Assembly: GCF_000009045.1 (NCBI RefSeq)
Contig: NC_000964.3
Coordinates: 2,542,001-2,606,000, forward strand
DNA: 64,000 nucleotides
Direction of reading: 5' to 3'
DNA from: Bacillus subtilis subsp. subtilis str. 168
GTDB lineage: Bacteria; Bacillota; Bacilli; Bacillales; Bacillaceae
A program made the position numbers and the translations under genes. The notes under the pieces were generated by a model. The model searched no databases. It worked only from the letters and a program-made list of their open reading frames with translations, and was not told the DNA's origin. Positions 31,431-42,034 of this stretch are shown one piece after another. How positions within the stretch are numbered: position 1 is the first letter of the stretch; the number at the start of each line of letters is the position of its first letter.

Positions 31431-31456
31431 GTTTACCGCTCCAATAGTTTTTTTTC

Positions 31457-31465
31457 ATTATAACA
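31457..31465 (-). promoter_or_regulatory. Extended -10 upstream of gluP
   Basis: TGTTATAAT. Confidence 0.55.
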
Positions 31466-31494
31466 GCTGGCGCTCCGAAACGCCTACTGAAAGC

Positions 31495-31521
31495 AAAAAA
31501 TCCCGTTTTTCACGGGATTTT
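31495..31521 (-). terminator. yqgO terminator
   Basis: AAAATCCCGTG-aaaa-ACGGGATTTTTT. Confidence 0.75.
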
Positions 31522-31693
31522 AGAAAGCTTGCTGTATAAACTTATTGCGGATAAATGGAATTCTTAAAAACAAATGGATAAAAGACCGCCTGATTCCTGG
31601 CTGGCTGAGTACAGTATTCATAAGACGGTAGCGATTTTGATAAAACATGACGGCAGAAACCGCGAAAATGGCATATATCAAAAGTTTTTTCAT
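31520..31693 (-). CDS. yqgO: Small protein YqgO (57 aa; not in ORF track)
   Basis: SD AGGAGG; [24 protein letters not shown]...IQQAF by hand. Confidence 0.85.
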
Positions 31694-31759
31694 GATATCC
31701 CTCCTGCCAATAGGGTTTGTTATTCTACCTTATTTATTCTCGAATAAGGGACAGGAAAG

Positions 31760-32323
31760 TTATGAAAAACAAGAAATAATCCGATCCTCTGTTATCAGCT
31801 TATGTACCGGGATGTCATGCGGCAGACGGGGTACGTGCGCAAACAACTGGCACTCCAAAAGCAAAGAGACTGTCTTCCCTTCATATTCACTTAAATAGCG
31901 ATCATAATAGCCGCCTCCAAAGCCGACCCTAAACCCGTTAACATCAAAACAAACACCCGGAACGATCATCAAGTCAATTTGTGATGGGTTTACTTCTTTT
32001 GTTTTTTCAATTACCGGCTCGAGCAGTCCGGCGTACACGGTTTCGAGCTGATCATCAGTCTGATATGTGCGAAATTGCATTTTCTTCGTGTCCGGATGGC
32101 ATTTTGGGATGCAAACTTGTTTCCCTTCTTCCCAAGCCTGCTCAATGACAGGACGCGTCGGTATCTCTAATCCTCTGGAAATAGTGACGGCAATGGTGCC
32201 GGCATTTTGCCACTCCGGCAGAGAAAACAAGTACTTATACATACGTTCCGTTTTTTGAAGAATATCTTCATTTGATAAAGCAGACAGTGCCTCCAGCGTC
32301 TTTTTTCTTAATTGTGATTTCAT
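31760..32323 (-). CDS. yqgN: 5-formyltetrahydrofolate cyclo-ligase
   Basis: [19 protein letters not shown]. Confidence 0.93.
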
Positions 32324-32344
32324 CTCTCATCCCCCTCGGAATAG

Positions 32345-32383
32345 AAAAAAAGCCAGAACCTTTTTCAAAGCTCTGGCTTTTTT
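32345..32383 (-). terminator. rpmGA terminator
   Basis: AAAAAAGCCAGA/TCTGGCTTTTTT. Confidence 0.8.
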
Positions 32384-32407
32384 CTTACACCTCAAACAGC
32401 AAAGCTG

Positions 32408-32572
<165 letters not shown>

Positions 32573-32640
32573 CTAAAATCATTTACTTATTCAGACTTAT
32601 ATATAATACCACTATAATGGACGGAATGCTAGGCTGTTTT

Positions 32641-33720
32641 TCAATGAATTGCTGAATTATTGAAGATACGCTCATAAAGCTGCAAATATGATGACATAAT
32701 GAGTCGGGGGTGGTGGAGCTTGAACACTTGTTGTCTGCCAGCTTCTTTTATCCGGCGGGCTTTTTCCCGGTCTTTTAAAAAACTGTCCAGCAGATCAGCA
32801 GCTTCCTGTACGAGCGTAAAATCAGCGATGATTGCCGTTTTGTCATGAACCGCATAATCACAAAAACCACCTGACTGAGAAACGACAGTCAGCACACCTT
32901 GTTCCATGCTTTCTTGCGCGGCAAGCCCAAACGGTTCATAAGAACTAGGGAAAACAGCCATTTCACAGTGAGACAGTAACGTTCTGATATCTTTCCTATT
33001 TAGAAACGGCAGAAACATGACGCGATCCTTCAGGTTATATGCCGCAGCCAATTTCTCATAGCAGGACAGAGACGGCCCCTCCCCAGCCAGCACTAGATAG
33101 AGGTCAGGCTGACGCTGCTTCAAGATGGCAAACACCTTTAACAGCTGCGATAATCCTTTTTCCGGAACAAACCTTCCATATGAAAAGAGGAATCTTCTAT
33201 TCATGCTTCTCGGGATTTTCCCCTTCTCTTCCTCCATAGATGCAGGGCTTGGGATAACGGTTATTTTCTTATGTGCCGCCTTATCAAGAGACCGCTTCAT
33301 AAATGTGCTTAATACGATCAATGCATCAGCGGATTCTATAAGGAGCCGTTCGGTCATGAGCCTGTATGGGTGTGGGGCTTCTCGGCACACCTTCTTCCTT
33401 TCGCTTTCAAGACCGTGGATTGTCGCAGCAAGCGGAAGGCCAAGCCGTTGTTTCAAATACTGGGCGGCAGGGGCAGTTGTGTCATCATGGGCATGAATCA
33501 GATCAAAGCGTTTATTGTGTGATAACACATGGCGAACCATTGTAAAGTTAGCATCAGCTATGTAATCTTCAAACTTCGCATACGAAAACAGCTGCCCGCT
33601 CGGAGTAAAAACCGTAATGTTGATATGAGGGTTTAAATAGGAAATGAGGCGGTTTAAATGGACACCGAGCCCGCTTTTCGGCTCATCGGGATGTTCGGGT
33701 GAAAGCATGAGAATGTTCAC
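32641..33720 (-). CDS. yqgM: GT4 family glycosyltransferase
   Basis: GTG start overlapping yqgL stop; GRFVPEKG, EPFGLAAQE. Confidence 0.9.
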   Translation of the reverse strand: MNILMLSPEHPDEPKSGLGVHLNRLISYLNPHINITVFTPSGQLFSYAKFEDYIADANFTMVRHVLSHNKRFDLIHAHDDTTAPAAQYLKQRLGLPLAATIHGLESERKKVCREAPHPYRLMTERLLIESADALIVLSTFMKRSLDKAAHKKITVIPSPASMEEEKGKIPRSMNRRFLFSYGRFVPEKGLSQLLKVFAILKQRQPDLYLVLAGEGPSLSCYEKLAAAYNLKDRVMFLPFLNRKDIRTLLSHCEMAVFPSSYEPFGLAAQESMEQGVLTVVSQSGGFCDYAVHDKTAIIADFTLVQEAADLLDSFLKDREKARRIKEAGRQQVFKLHHPRLIMSSYLQLYERIFNNSAIH

Positions 33721-34187
33721 CGTTCTTTTTCCCCTCTCCCATAACAGGTGTATGCAGAAAATTGCGCCTCCCACCTGGTGTGCGCTTCTTCAATCTGAAA
33801 ACTGTTTATATGACGAATCCCATTTTCATCAAGATAGATGTCGTCTGTACCGGCAAGCTTGAGAGAGACATTCATTGAATTCACAATTCTGTATTCAGCC
33901 CGATATACAGCATCACCAGCCGCCTGTCTAATCGTCCATTCTCCTTTATCATACGTTGTGCGTTTTGTCCTGACAGCTTCAATGTCTTTTCTTTTGATGA
34001 CAATGCGCAATTCTTTTATCATATCCTGCGTTTTTTCGAAAAGGACCGCTTCAGCCAGCCGCATTGTTTCTTCTGAGATTTCCCAGCTTACGGTCAAGGT
34101 GTGAGCGTTTTGAATGATTATGTCGAATGTGTCCCTAAAAAAGGAAAGCTTATGTCGTATATTATAGGGAAATGGGTGTTTATCCAT
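33717..34187 (-). CDS. yqgL: Uncharacterised protein, DUF4912-like by eye
   Basis: SD AGGAG; 156 aa, GTGA-coupled to yqgM. Confidence 0.82.
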   Translation of the reverse strand: MDKHPFPYNIRHKLSFFRDTFDIIIQNAHTLTVSWEISEETMRLAEAVLFEKTQDMIKELRIVIKRKDIEAVRTKRTTYDKGEWTIRQAAGDAVYRAEYRIVNSMNVSLKLAGTDDIYLDENGIRHINSFQIEEAHTRWEAQFSAYTCYGRGEKER

Positions 34188-34366
34188 GGACTCCTAACAT
34201 TCTCCTTTCCAATCGTTCACTTCGTGTTCCTATTAAACCATTACATGAAGAAGAAGCGAAGAAAGATTTCTCGACAAAATCTCGTTTTTTTCGCGAATTC
34301 CTTTAGAAACTATTGGTTTTATGGTATAAAAAAGAAGGATAAAAAAAGAATAGAAGGTGATGAAAC

Positions 34367-34720
34367 GTGGAAATTGCTATTATTGCGTTGTTTATCGTCA
34401 GTATAGCGCTAATTGCATTCTCATATTCTCAAAGAGACCCGATGAAAGATGTAGAACAGGAGCTCGAAACACTGCAGCTTTCTGCGATGCAGGAAATTTA
34501 CAAGCTCAAAAAGAAAATGACAGTGCTTGAGGAAGAATTACTGGAAACAAACCTTGTCATTCGCAAATCAAAGCAGAACGACATCAATCAAAAAATCGCT
34601 AAACAAATACTTTCTAAATATAATAACGGTATGTCAGCTGAAGCGATTGCTAAAGCTGAACATGTATCAGTGGAAGACGTGAATACGATTATCAAAGATA
34701 ATGAGAAGGTGCTCGTATGA
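34367..34720 (+). CDS. sweD: SweD (YqzD), FtsEX-CwlO cofactor
   Basis: GTG start; TM, coiled coil, C-terminal HTH-like. Confidence 0.85.
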   Translation: MEIAIIALFIVSIALIAFSYSQRDPMKDVEQELETLQLSAMQEIYKLKKKMTVLEEELLETNLVIRKSKQNDINQKIAKQILSKYNNGMSAEAIAKAEHVSVEDVNTIIKDNEKVLV

Positions 34721-35181
34721 CAAAACGGGGCATTCAGGCATTTGCTGGCGGCATCATTTTAGCGACAGCCGTTCTTGCAGCTGTTTTTTATCTGACTGAC
34801 GAAGACCAGGCCGCTGCTGTAAAAGATAATAAAACAGTAACCGAACAAGACGTGAACAATTATCTTGATTCTAAAAAATTGGTTTCTGTCAACCGTGATG
34901 AATATCAAAAACTTCTCGATTCAAAAGAGAAATCCTTAAACAATGACAGCGGCTCAGACACGAAATCAGACAAAGTCAAAACCTACAAGCTCACCATTAA
35001 AGACGGCATGAGCACGGCGGATGTATCTGCTATTCTTGAAAAAGAGGGCATTATCTCTTCGGCTCAAGACTTTAATGACTATGTCATTGATGCCGGCTAT
35101 CACAAAGAAATTCGTGCCGGCGAGTTTAAAGTAAAATCAGACATGAGTTTCAAAAAGATCGTAAAAACGTTAACACGATAA
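34717..35181 (+). CDS. sweC: SweC (YqzC), FtsEX-CwlO cofactor
   Basis: ATGA overlap; TM + C-terminal YceG/LysM-like domain. Confidence 0.85.
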   Translation: MTKRGIQAFAGGIILATAVLAAVFYLTDEDQAAAVKDNKTVTEQDVNNYLDSKKLVSVNRDEYQKLLDSKEKSLNNDSGSDTKSDKVKTYKLTIKDGMSTADVSAILEKEGIISSAQDFNDYVIDAGYHKEIRAGEFKVKSDMSFKKIVKTLTR

Positions 35182-35210
35182 AAAAACAGGCTGACTCAGC
35201 CTGTTTTTTT
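35180..35210. terminator. Bidirectional terminator sweC/pstBB
   Basis: AAAAAAACAGGCTGA-c-TCAGCCTGTTTTTTT. Confidence 0.85.
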
Positions 35211-35992
35211 CATCCAAACTTTCCTGAAATGTAATCGAGCGTTCTTTGGTCCTTCGGGTTAGAGAACATTTTATTCGTATTGTCGCATTCAACAAGCTCG
35301 CCCATGTAGAAAAAGGCGGTTTGATCAGAAACCCTTGCTGCCTGCTGCATGTTATGCGTGACAATGACAATTGTATATTTATCTTTCAGCTCTAGAATGA
35401 GTTCTTCAATTTTTCTCGTTGAGATTGGATCTAGTGCAGATGTCGGTTCATCCATCAGCAAAATATCAGGATTGGTCGCAAGTGCTCTGGCGATGCAAAG
35501 ACGCTGCTGCTGGCCCCCTGACAGCGAAAGAGCGGACGTATGCAATCGATCCTTCACCTCATCCCATAACGCCACGTCTTTTAATGACTTTTCCACAATT
35601 TCCTGAAGCTTCTTCTTATTTTTGGTGCCGTGGACTCTCGGTCCGTAAGCCACATTATCAAAAATAGATTGCGGAAACGGATTCCCTTTTTGGAATACCA
35701 TGCCGATATTTTTTCGCAAATCCACGATGTCCACTTTATCCTTTAAAATGTTGCTGCCATTATAGTTCAGCTCACCTGCAAGCTTTACATTCGGCGTCAT
35801 TTGAATCATTAAATTCAATGTCTTGATAAAGGTCGATTTCCCGCATCCGGATGGTCCGATAATCGCCGTAACCTCATTTTCATAAATGCTCAAATTGATA
35901 TTTTTTAAAGCATGATGCTGCCCATACCATAAGTTCATTCCATTGACTTGATATACTTCCTGTTTCATTACAGCTTCGGTAGCAATACTCAT
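35210..35992 (-). CDS. pstBB: Phosphate ABC transporter ATPase 2
   Basis: [24 protein letters not shown]. Confidence 0.95.
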
Positions 35993-36002
35993 TGCCGCCC
36001 TC

Positions 36003-36812
36003 CTATCCGAATTTCCCGTTAATATAATCCTCTGTCTTTTGCTTTTTCGGACTCGTGAAAATCTGTTCGGTCTGTCCGTATTCTACAAGCTCGCCGTTTA
36101 AAAAGAATGCCGTCCGGTCAGAAACCCGCAGAGCCTGCTGCATATTGTGCGTGACAATAATAATTGAGTATTCTCTTTTCAATCCTGTAATTAATTCCTC
36201 TATTTTTGCATTTGAAATCGGATCAAGCGCTGAAGCTGGTTCATCAAGCAGAAGAACAGCCGGCTTCATCGCAAGCGTTCTCGCGATGCATAAACGCTGC
36301 TGCTGGCCGCCGGATAACGAGAGTGCGGATGAATGTAAACGATCCTTCACCTCATCCCAGAGCGCTGCTTTTGTTAAACTTTCTTCCACAATTTCATCTA
36401 AAACAGCTTTATTCCGCTCTCCGGCATATTTCAATGCATGTGTGATATTCGCATAGATCGATTTCGGAAATGGATTTGGTTTTTGGAAAACCATTCCGAT
36501 TTCTCTTCTCAAGCTGACAACGTTAATATTGCCGCCCAATATATTTAATCCCTCATAAAGGATTTCACCTTCCGCTCTTGCAGATGGAATTAAATCGTTC
36601 ATTCGGTTAATATTTCTCAAAAAAGTAGATTTTCCGCATCCCGACGGCCCAATTAAAGCAGTCACCGCATTTTTTTCAATATCCATGTTTACATGATGAA
36701 CGGCTTGTTTATTTCCGTAATAAATGGACAGATCTTTGACCTCAAGCACGTGGTTCTGCTTCGGAACAATAACAGCTCGCTCAGGTTTTTCTTTTACCAT
36801 TTGTTCAGACAT
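36003..36812 (-). CDS. pstBA: Phosphate ABC transporter ATPase 1
   Basis: ATG 36812; Walker A/B, LSGGQQQ. Confidence 0.95.
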
Positions 36813-36832
36813 GTTTTTCGCCTCTTTCCGTT

Positions 36833-37717
36833 CTAATTTGCCGTAAGCTTTTTGTAGATCATCGTGCCAAGCCATCTCGCCGCGAGATTAAACACAAGAA
36901 CAGAAATCACCAGCACGGCAGAACCACCGTTGGCAATCGCTTCAGCATCCGGAATCATTCCTTGTGTATTGACGTTCCAAATGTGGACCGCAAGTGTTTC
37001 AGCGGGCCTGAAAATATTAAGCGGTGATGTTTCCGAAAACGGGTTCCACTCCGTAAAATTAAGACGCGGTGTTGTCAGGCCTGCCGTAAATAATAATGCG
37101 GCCGCTTCCCCGAACACCCTTCCTGACGCTAAAATTGCTCCTGTGATGATAGAAGGAATCGCACTTGGAATTAAAACTGTTTTTACGGTATGCCAGCGTG
37201 ATACACCTAAAGCGAGAGAGGCTTCCTTCAGATCTTTAGGGACTGAACGGATCGCGTCTTCTGTCACACGCACCATGACAGGAAGGTTAAAAACAGTTAA
37301 CGCAAGCGCTCCGCCTATGATCGTATAACCCCAGCCTGTTAAGTTGACAAACATCAATAATCCAAACATCCCAATGACAATAGACGGAAGAGATGAAAGC
37401 ACCTCTATACATGTTCTAATGAAGTCAGTTACTTTGTTATTAGGCGCGTATTCAGCCATGAAGACTCCGCCGCCCACACCGAGCGGGATTGTAATCAGCA
37501 TTGTAATAAACAAAATATAAAAGGAGTTAAACAGCTGATCTCGTATGCCTCCTCCAGCTGCAATGGCGCTCGACTTTGTTGTAATAAATTGAAAACTGAG
37601 CTGAGAAACACCGTTTATAATAATATAGGAAAACAAACCTACTAAAATGGCAGCGATAATGGCTGCACACAAACCAAACATTCCGGTCGCCAGTTTATCT
37701 GTTATTTTGCGGTTCAT
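36833..37717 (-). CDS. pstA: Phosphate ABC permease PstA
   Basis: [18 protein letters not shown] loop, RVFGEAA. Confidence 0.95.
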   Translation of the reverse strand: MNRKITDKLATGMFGLCAAIIAAILVGLFSYIIINGVSQLSFQFITTKSSAIAAGGGIRDQLFNSFYILFITMLITIPLGVGGGVFMAEYAPNNKVTDFIRTCIEVLSSLPSIVIGMFGLLMFVNLTGWGYTIIGGALALTVFNLPVMVRVTEDAIRSVPKDLKEASLALGVSRWHTVKTVLIPSAIPSIITGAILASGRVFGEAAALLFTAGLTTPRLNFTEWNPFSETSPLNIFRPAETLAVHIWNVNTQGMIPDAEAIANGGSAVLVISVLVFNLAARWLGTMIYKKLTAN

Positions 37718-38646
37718 TACACTTTCCTCCTAGATGACAAGTAGCGAATAAGCAGGATGAACAAGAATGACATCACCAGAAGCACAAGCCCCATTGACCA
37801 CAGCGTATTGTTTTCAACACTTCCGTATGTGGTGTGGCCCATATTCAGCGTGATGATCGTTGTCAGCGTTCCCGCAGTGTCAAACGGGCTTTCCGGCAAT
37901 ACTCTTGTATTTCCAATGACCATCTGAACAGCCAAAGCTTCACCGAACGCCCGAGCCATGCCTAACACAACAGCTGTCATCAATGTTGGAAAAGCTGCAG
38001 GCACAAGTACTTTTCTGATCGTCTGCCATCTTGTGGCACCAAGCGCGTAAGAACCCTCTCGTAAACTCTTCGGAAGAGAAGCCATTGCATCAGCAGAAAT
38101 CGATGTGATCGTCGGCAGAATCATGACGGAAAGGACAATCGTTCCCGCCAATAAACTGTGCCCTGTTCCGCTCGATTTGAACTGGGCGATAAACGGCACC
38201 AATACTGTAAGACCTATGAATCCATAAACAACAGATGGAATACCGACTAAAAGCTCAATCACCGGCTGCAGCACTTTCTTTCCCCAATTCGGGGCAATCT
38301 CTGTCATAAAAATCGCACCTGCAATGCCAAGCGGCGCAGCGATTAGAGCAGAAAGAATCGTTACTGCAAATGAGCCAAAAATAAATGGCAGCACTCCGTA
38401 TTTCGGATCACTATCTGTAGGATTCCAATTTAAGCTCGTTAAGAATTCAATTGGGCTTACACCATTTACAAGAAAAGATTGCAGCCCCTTAACGCCGAGG
38501 AAAATGGTAATCGCAACAGATGCCGCAATCATAATCAGTGCACAAGCTGTGACTATCATTCTTCCCCGAACTTCATCCAATTGCCGATTTTGCCTAGAGC
38601 TGATTAAGCGCTCGCTCACAGACATATTTTCTCTATTGTTTATCAT
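37717..38646 (-). CDS. pstC: Phosphate ABC permease PstC
   Basis: GIPSVVYG, EGSYALGA, RAFGEAL. Confidence 0.95.
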   Translation of the reverse strand: MINNRENMSVSERLISSRQNRQLDEVRGRMIVTACALIMIAASVAITIFLGVKGLQSFLVNGVSPIEFLTSLNWNPTDSDPKYGVLPFIFGSFAVTILSALIAAPLGIAGAIFMTEIAPNWGKKVLQPVIELLVGIPSVVYGFIGLTVLVPFIAQFKSSGTGHSLLAGTIVLSVMILPTITSISADAMASLPKSLREGSYALGATRWQTIRKVLVPAAFPTLMTAVVLGMARAFGEALAVQMVIGNTRVLPESPFDTAGTLTTIITLNMGHTTYGSVENNTLWSMGLVLLVMSFLFILLIRYLSSRRKV

Positions 38647-38714
38647 TGTTTTACACTCCTATGAATGTGTTAAGAGGAGAAACGGTTGTCCCCGCACTCC
38701 TCTTTTTATTAAGA

Positions 38715-39617
38715 TCAGCTTTGCTTCCCGTTGGCATCACGTGTCACTTTCATATCAGTAACCGGAATGTAGCCTTGGTCAGTAACAATGCTTTTTTGAA
38801 TGTCTTCACTCTTTAGATAATCAAGAAATTCTTTAGCTAAACCTGTCGCTTCACCTTTTGTATAAGAATGTTGATAAGCCCAGATCGGATACTCGCCAGT
38901 TGCTACATTTTTCGCTTCAGGTTTAACACCGTCAATAGATAGAGCAGTTACTTTGTCATCTGTTAAATATGAGAATGCAAGATATCCAATCGCTCCCGGA
39001 GTATCAGCAATGATCTTTTTCACCGTGTTGGAGGAATCTTCAGTAATGCCTTCTGCAGGCTCCGCTCCGTCAAGCGCATATTTCACAAATGTAGCACGTG
39101 TGCCGGAAGAATCAGGGCGGTTTACAAGTGTAATCTTTTGGTCTTTGCCGCCGAGCTCTTTCCAGTTTTTGATTTTGCCAGTGAAGATTTTTTTCAATTC
39201 ATCTTTTGAAATATCCTTTACACCAGCATCAGGGTTTACAGCTGCTGCCATACCAACTACAGCGACTTGATGATCGACAAGCGCTTTTGCATCGATGCCT
39301 TCTTTTTCTTCAGCAAAAACGTCTGAATTCCCGATCTGAACAGCTCCTTCAGAGACTTGAGAAAGCCCTGTTCCAGAACCGCCAGCTTGTACCTGTATAT
39401 CAGCATCAGGGTTTTCTTCCATAAATTTTTCCGCGGCTGCAAGTACTAGTGGCTGCATTGCCGATGAACCAGAAATGGTTAAAGAACCTGATGCCTTTTC
39501 TTCTCCTTTTGCAGAATCGCTATTCGATTTTTTACTTTCTCCTGCATTTCCGCATGCAGCTGCAATCATCATAAAAGCAGCCATCAGAAGCATAAGCACC
39601 AATTTGTTTTTTTTCAT
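38715..39617 (-). CDS. pstS: Phosphate-binding lipoprotein PstS
   Basis: Lipobox AAAC; GSSAMQP, GGSGTG, SSGTR. Confidence 0.95.
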   Translation of the reverse strand: MKKNKLVLMLLMAAFMMIAAACGNAGESKKSNSDSAKGEEKASGSLTISGSSAMQPLVLAAAEKFMEENPDADIQVQAGGSGTGLSQVSEGAVQIGNSDVFAEEKEGIDAKALVDHQVAVVGMAAAVNPDAGVKDISKDELKKIFTGKIKNWKELGGKDQKITLVNRPDSSGTRATFVKYALDGAEPAEGITEDSSNTVKKIIADTPGAIGYLAFSYLTDDKVTALSIDGVKPEAKNVATGEYPIWAYQHSYTKGEATGLAKEFLDYLKSEDIQKSIVTDQGYIPVTDMKVTRDANGKQS

Positions 39618-39679
39618 TTCCTGAATTCCCCCTGCGTATAATGTGTAATTTGTCCTACACGTATAGAGTAAAGGTTCTA

Positions 39680-39718
39680 TGTAAAAAGGGTTTGAACCGA
39701 ATGTTAAGGTTTTGTAAA
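39680..39718 (-). promoter_or_regulatory. Pho box: four PhoP direct repeats
   Basis: TTTACA, TTAACA, TTCAAA, TTTACA at exact 11-bp period on - strand. Confidence 0.9.
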
Positions 39719-39736
39719 TCAGTGCGTTTTTTGTAT

Positions 39737-39771
39737 AAAAAAAACGCCCACATCATGTGAGCGTTTTTTTT
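39737..39771. terminator. pbpA terminator
   Basis: AAAAAAAACGCCCAC/GTGAGCGTTTTTTTT. Confidence 0.8.
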
Positions 39772-41921
39772 TAGTTATCAGAAGACGTTGTGTTTTCTGC
39801 ATTTTCTTCAATTTTGTCTTTATTCTTTTGCTGAGTACCTTCTTTGTCCTGCTTCGATTTCAGCTCAAAATATTTATCCATTACTTCCCTGCCGATTTCG
39901 TTTGTAATTGAGTATCTTTGATTGTAATCAATGTAAGTCCAAGGAACTACGACAGAAATAGCAATCTCAGGATTGTCAGCTGGTGCATAAGCCACAAGCG
40001 TCGTATTATAAGTGTCTGTTCCTGTTTTTGATTTATCCGGTCCGTCGTAAAATGATTGGGCTGTTCCTGTTTTTGCAGCTGGTTTATACGATGCTGAAGC
40101 CAGTTGACCTGCAGCTGTCCCTTTAGTGGCAACCCGTCTAAAACCGGCTTGGACCTCTTCAATATAGCTACTCTTCATATCGACTTTATTCAATACTTCA
40201 GGCTGAACAGAATCAACGACTGCGCCGATCCCTTTTTTCGCATTTGAATCTCTGACTTCCTTTACAAGCTGAGGCTTCATGCGGTAGCCACCATTTGCTA
40301 TGGTGGAGACATATTGAGCCAATTCCAGCGGTGTATAAGTATCATACTGTCCAATGGCGAAATCAAGCAAGAAACCAGATAATCTGCTTGTACCTTTATA
40401 TCCCGTCATTTCATTTGGTAGATCAATTCCTGTTTTTACTCCTAATCCAAATTGACTGAAATAATTTCTGAAGGTATCAAATGCAGAAGTATCCAAAGGC
40501 AATGCTTGGTGAGGTTTATATTCACCTTTACCAACTGCAATTGCTGTTTTAAACATAAAAACGTTTGATGACTTCTCTAATGCAGTTTGAATACCAACCG
40601 GCCCTAAGTTTTGCCAAGATTTTTTCCCTCTTTTATCCTGGCCGATATACAATGGTTCATCCTTAAATACAGTATTCAAATTAATCGCTCCAGTTTGAAG
40701 ACCGGTCAAAACGGTTGCACCTTTTACAGCTGATCCCATAGCGTAGGATGAAGTCATGGCTCCTAATGCATAATCATCAAACTTATAGGCTCCATTTTCT
40801 CGTTTAATCTGCTTCCCTGCCATTGTCAGCACTTCGCCGTTTCTAGGGTCCATCATGACAACGAATGCACGATCCAACAATTCGGTACTAGGTCTTGCTT
40901 TAGCAGCTTTAAGTTTTTTCTCAATAATTTTTTCCACTGATTTTTGCAAATCAATATCAATTGTTAGTACAAGATCTTTCCCGGCTTTGCCTTCAGATAC
41001 CGTTTTTGTTCCCGTGACATTGCCTTTTGAATCTGTGATATTTTCGACTTTTGCTTTTTGGCCCTGCAGAAGGCTTTCATATTGGTATTCCAGATAGCTT
41101 TTTCCGACCCTGTCATTTCGGCTGTAGCCAAGCGACAGATAATGGTCGAGCAAGTTGGACGGCAATCCTTCATTAGAGCTGGAAACACTTCCGAGCACTG
41201 AGCGAAGAAGGTTTTTATAAGGATATTCACGTTCCCAATCGGACGTGACATCAACACCTGGCAGTTCGTCTAAATGTTCACTTACCACTGCCATTTCCTT
41301 CGCTGATACATCTTCGTTTTTGATATATTGAGGGGTCAATGCATAGCCCGAATCCATCTGTCTTTTGATAGCAAGGATCTGCATATCTTTATCCGTCAAT
41401 TCATTCAGCTGCTTATCAGTAATCCGTTTTAGCTGAAGCTGGTATAAATCGTCATCGGATATTTTTTTGTCTTCAACCTGCTGTCTTTCTTTAGAGCTAA
41501 TGAGCTTTTTCGCTTCTTTCGGTCTAGTCAAAATCCAATAATCTTTTTTATCCCGTTCTGTTACTTTTTTTGTATCGACTTTGATCATGTCAGACAGCTT
41601 TTTTGCGATCTTTAAGCGCTGTTCTTGCGTGGTCGATTTAGATCTCGTGTATGTGATTGCATTTAAAGCCTTATTTGTCACAATGGCATTAAAGTTTCGA
41701 TCATAAATTTTCCCGCGTGGTACCGCTGAGCTGACTTCACTTTGTTCCTGCTTATTCGCTTGGTTTTTGTAATCATCACCTTGCACGATCTGCTTGATGC
41801 CCAGTTCCACAATAATCCAGGTAAATATAACAAAGGCAGCTAAAAATAAAATATTCAGCCGGATCGGAAGCGACTTCTTTTTCTCTTTATGATTTTGCTT
41901 TTTTGGTTTATTTCTCCTCAT
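39771..41921 (-). CDS. pbpA: Class B penicillin-binding protein PBP2a
   Basis: SAVK (SxxK), SSN, KTG; ATG 41921. Confidence 0.95.
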   Translation of the reverse strand: MRRNKPKKQNHKEKKKSLPIRLNILFLAAFVIFTWIIVELGIKQIVQGDDYKNQANKQEQSEVSSAVPRGKIYDRNFNAIVTNKALNAITYTRSKSTTQEQRLKIAKKLSDMIKVDTKKVTERDKKDYWILTRPKEAKKLISSKERQQVEDKKISDDDLYQLQLKRITDKQLNELTDKDMQILAIKRQMDSGYALTPQYIKNEDVSAKEMAVVSEHLDELPGVDVTSDWEREYPYKNLLRSVLGSVSSSNEGLPSNLLDHYLSLGYSRNDRVGKSYLEYQYESLLQGQKAKVENITDSKGNVTGTKTVSEGKAGKDLVLTIDIDLQKSVEKIIEKKLKAAKARPSTELLDRAFVVMMDPRNGEVLTMAGKQIKRENGAYKFDDYALGAMTSSYAMGSAVKGATVLTGLQTGAINLNTVFKDEPLYIGQDKRGKKSWQNLGPVGIQTALEKSSNVFMFKTAIAVGKGEYKPHQALPLDTSAFDTFRNYFSQFGLGVKTGIDLPNEMTGYKGTSRLSGFLLDFAIGQYDTYTPLELAQYVSTIANGGYRMKPQLVKEVRDSNAKKGIGAVVDSVQPEVLNKVDMKSSYIEEVQAGFRRVATKGTAAGQLASASYKPAAKTGTAQSFYDGPDKSKTGTDTYNTTLVAYAPADNPEIAISVVVPWTYIDYNQRYSITNEIGREVMDKYFELKSKQDKEGTQQKNKDKIEENAENTTSSDN

Positions 41922-42034
41922 AACATCACCTTTTCTATTTACAGAAAGAAAAGACACTCAAGTAAGAGTGCCAGTTTTCATTTTAAAGGTTTTTTCGACT
42001 TTTTTCTACAGATAACCCCTTTTTGGCAAAAAAA

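Noticed and set aside
34121-34127. TGTCGAA inside yqgL
   Set aside because: Intragenic 7-mer about 240 nt from sweD; chance occurrence cannot be excluded.
36864-37328. 154-aa + strand ORF, and similar shadows at 47731-48183, 52545-52988, 12126-12542, 8810-9229, 5128-5451, 38324-38761, 43573-43965
   Set aside because: Each lies antisense to a real gene, has no SD and has typical shadow composition (S/T/F/P-rich).
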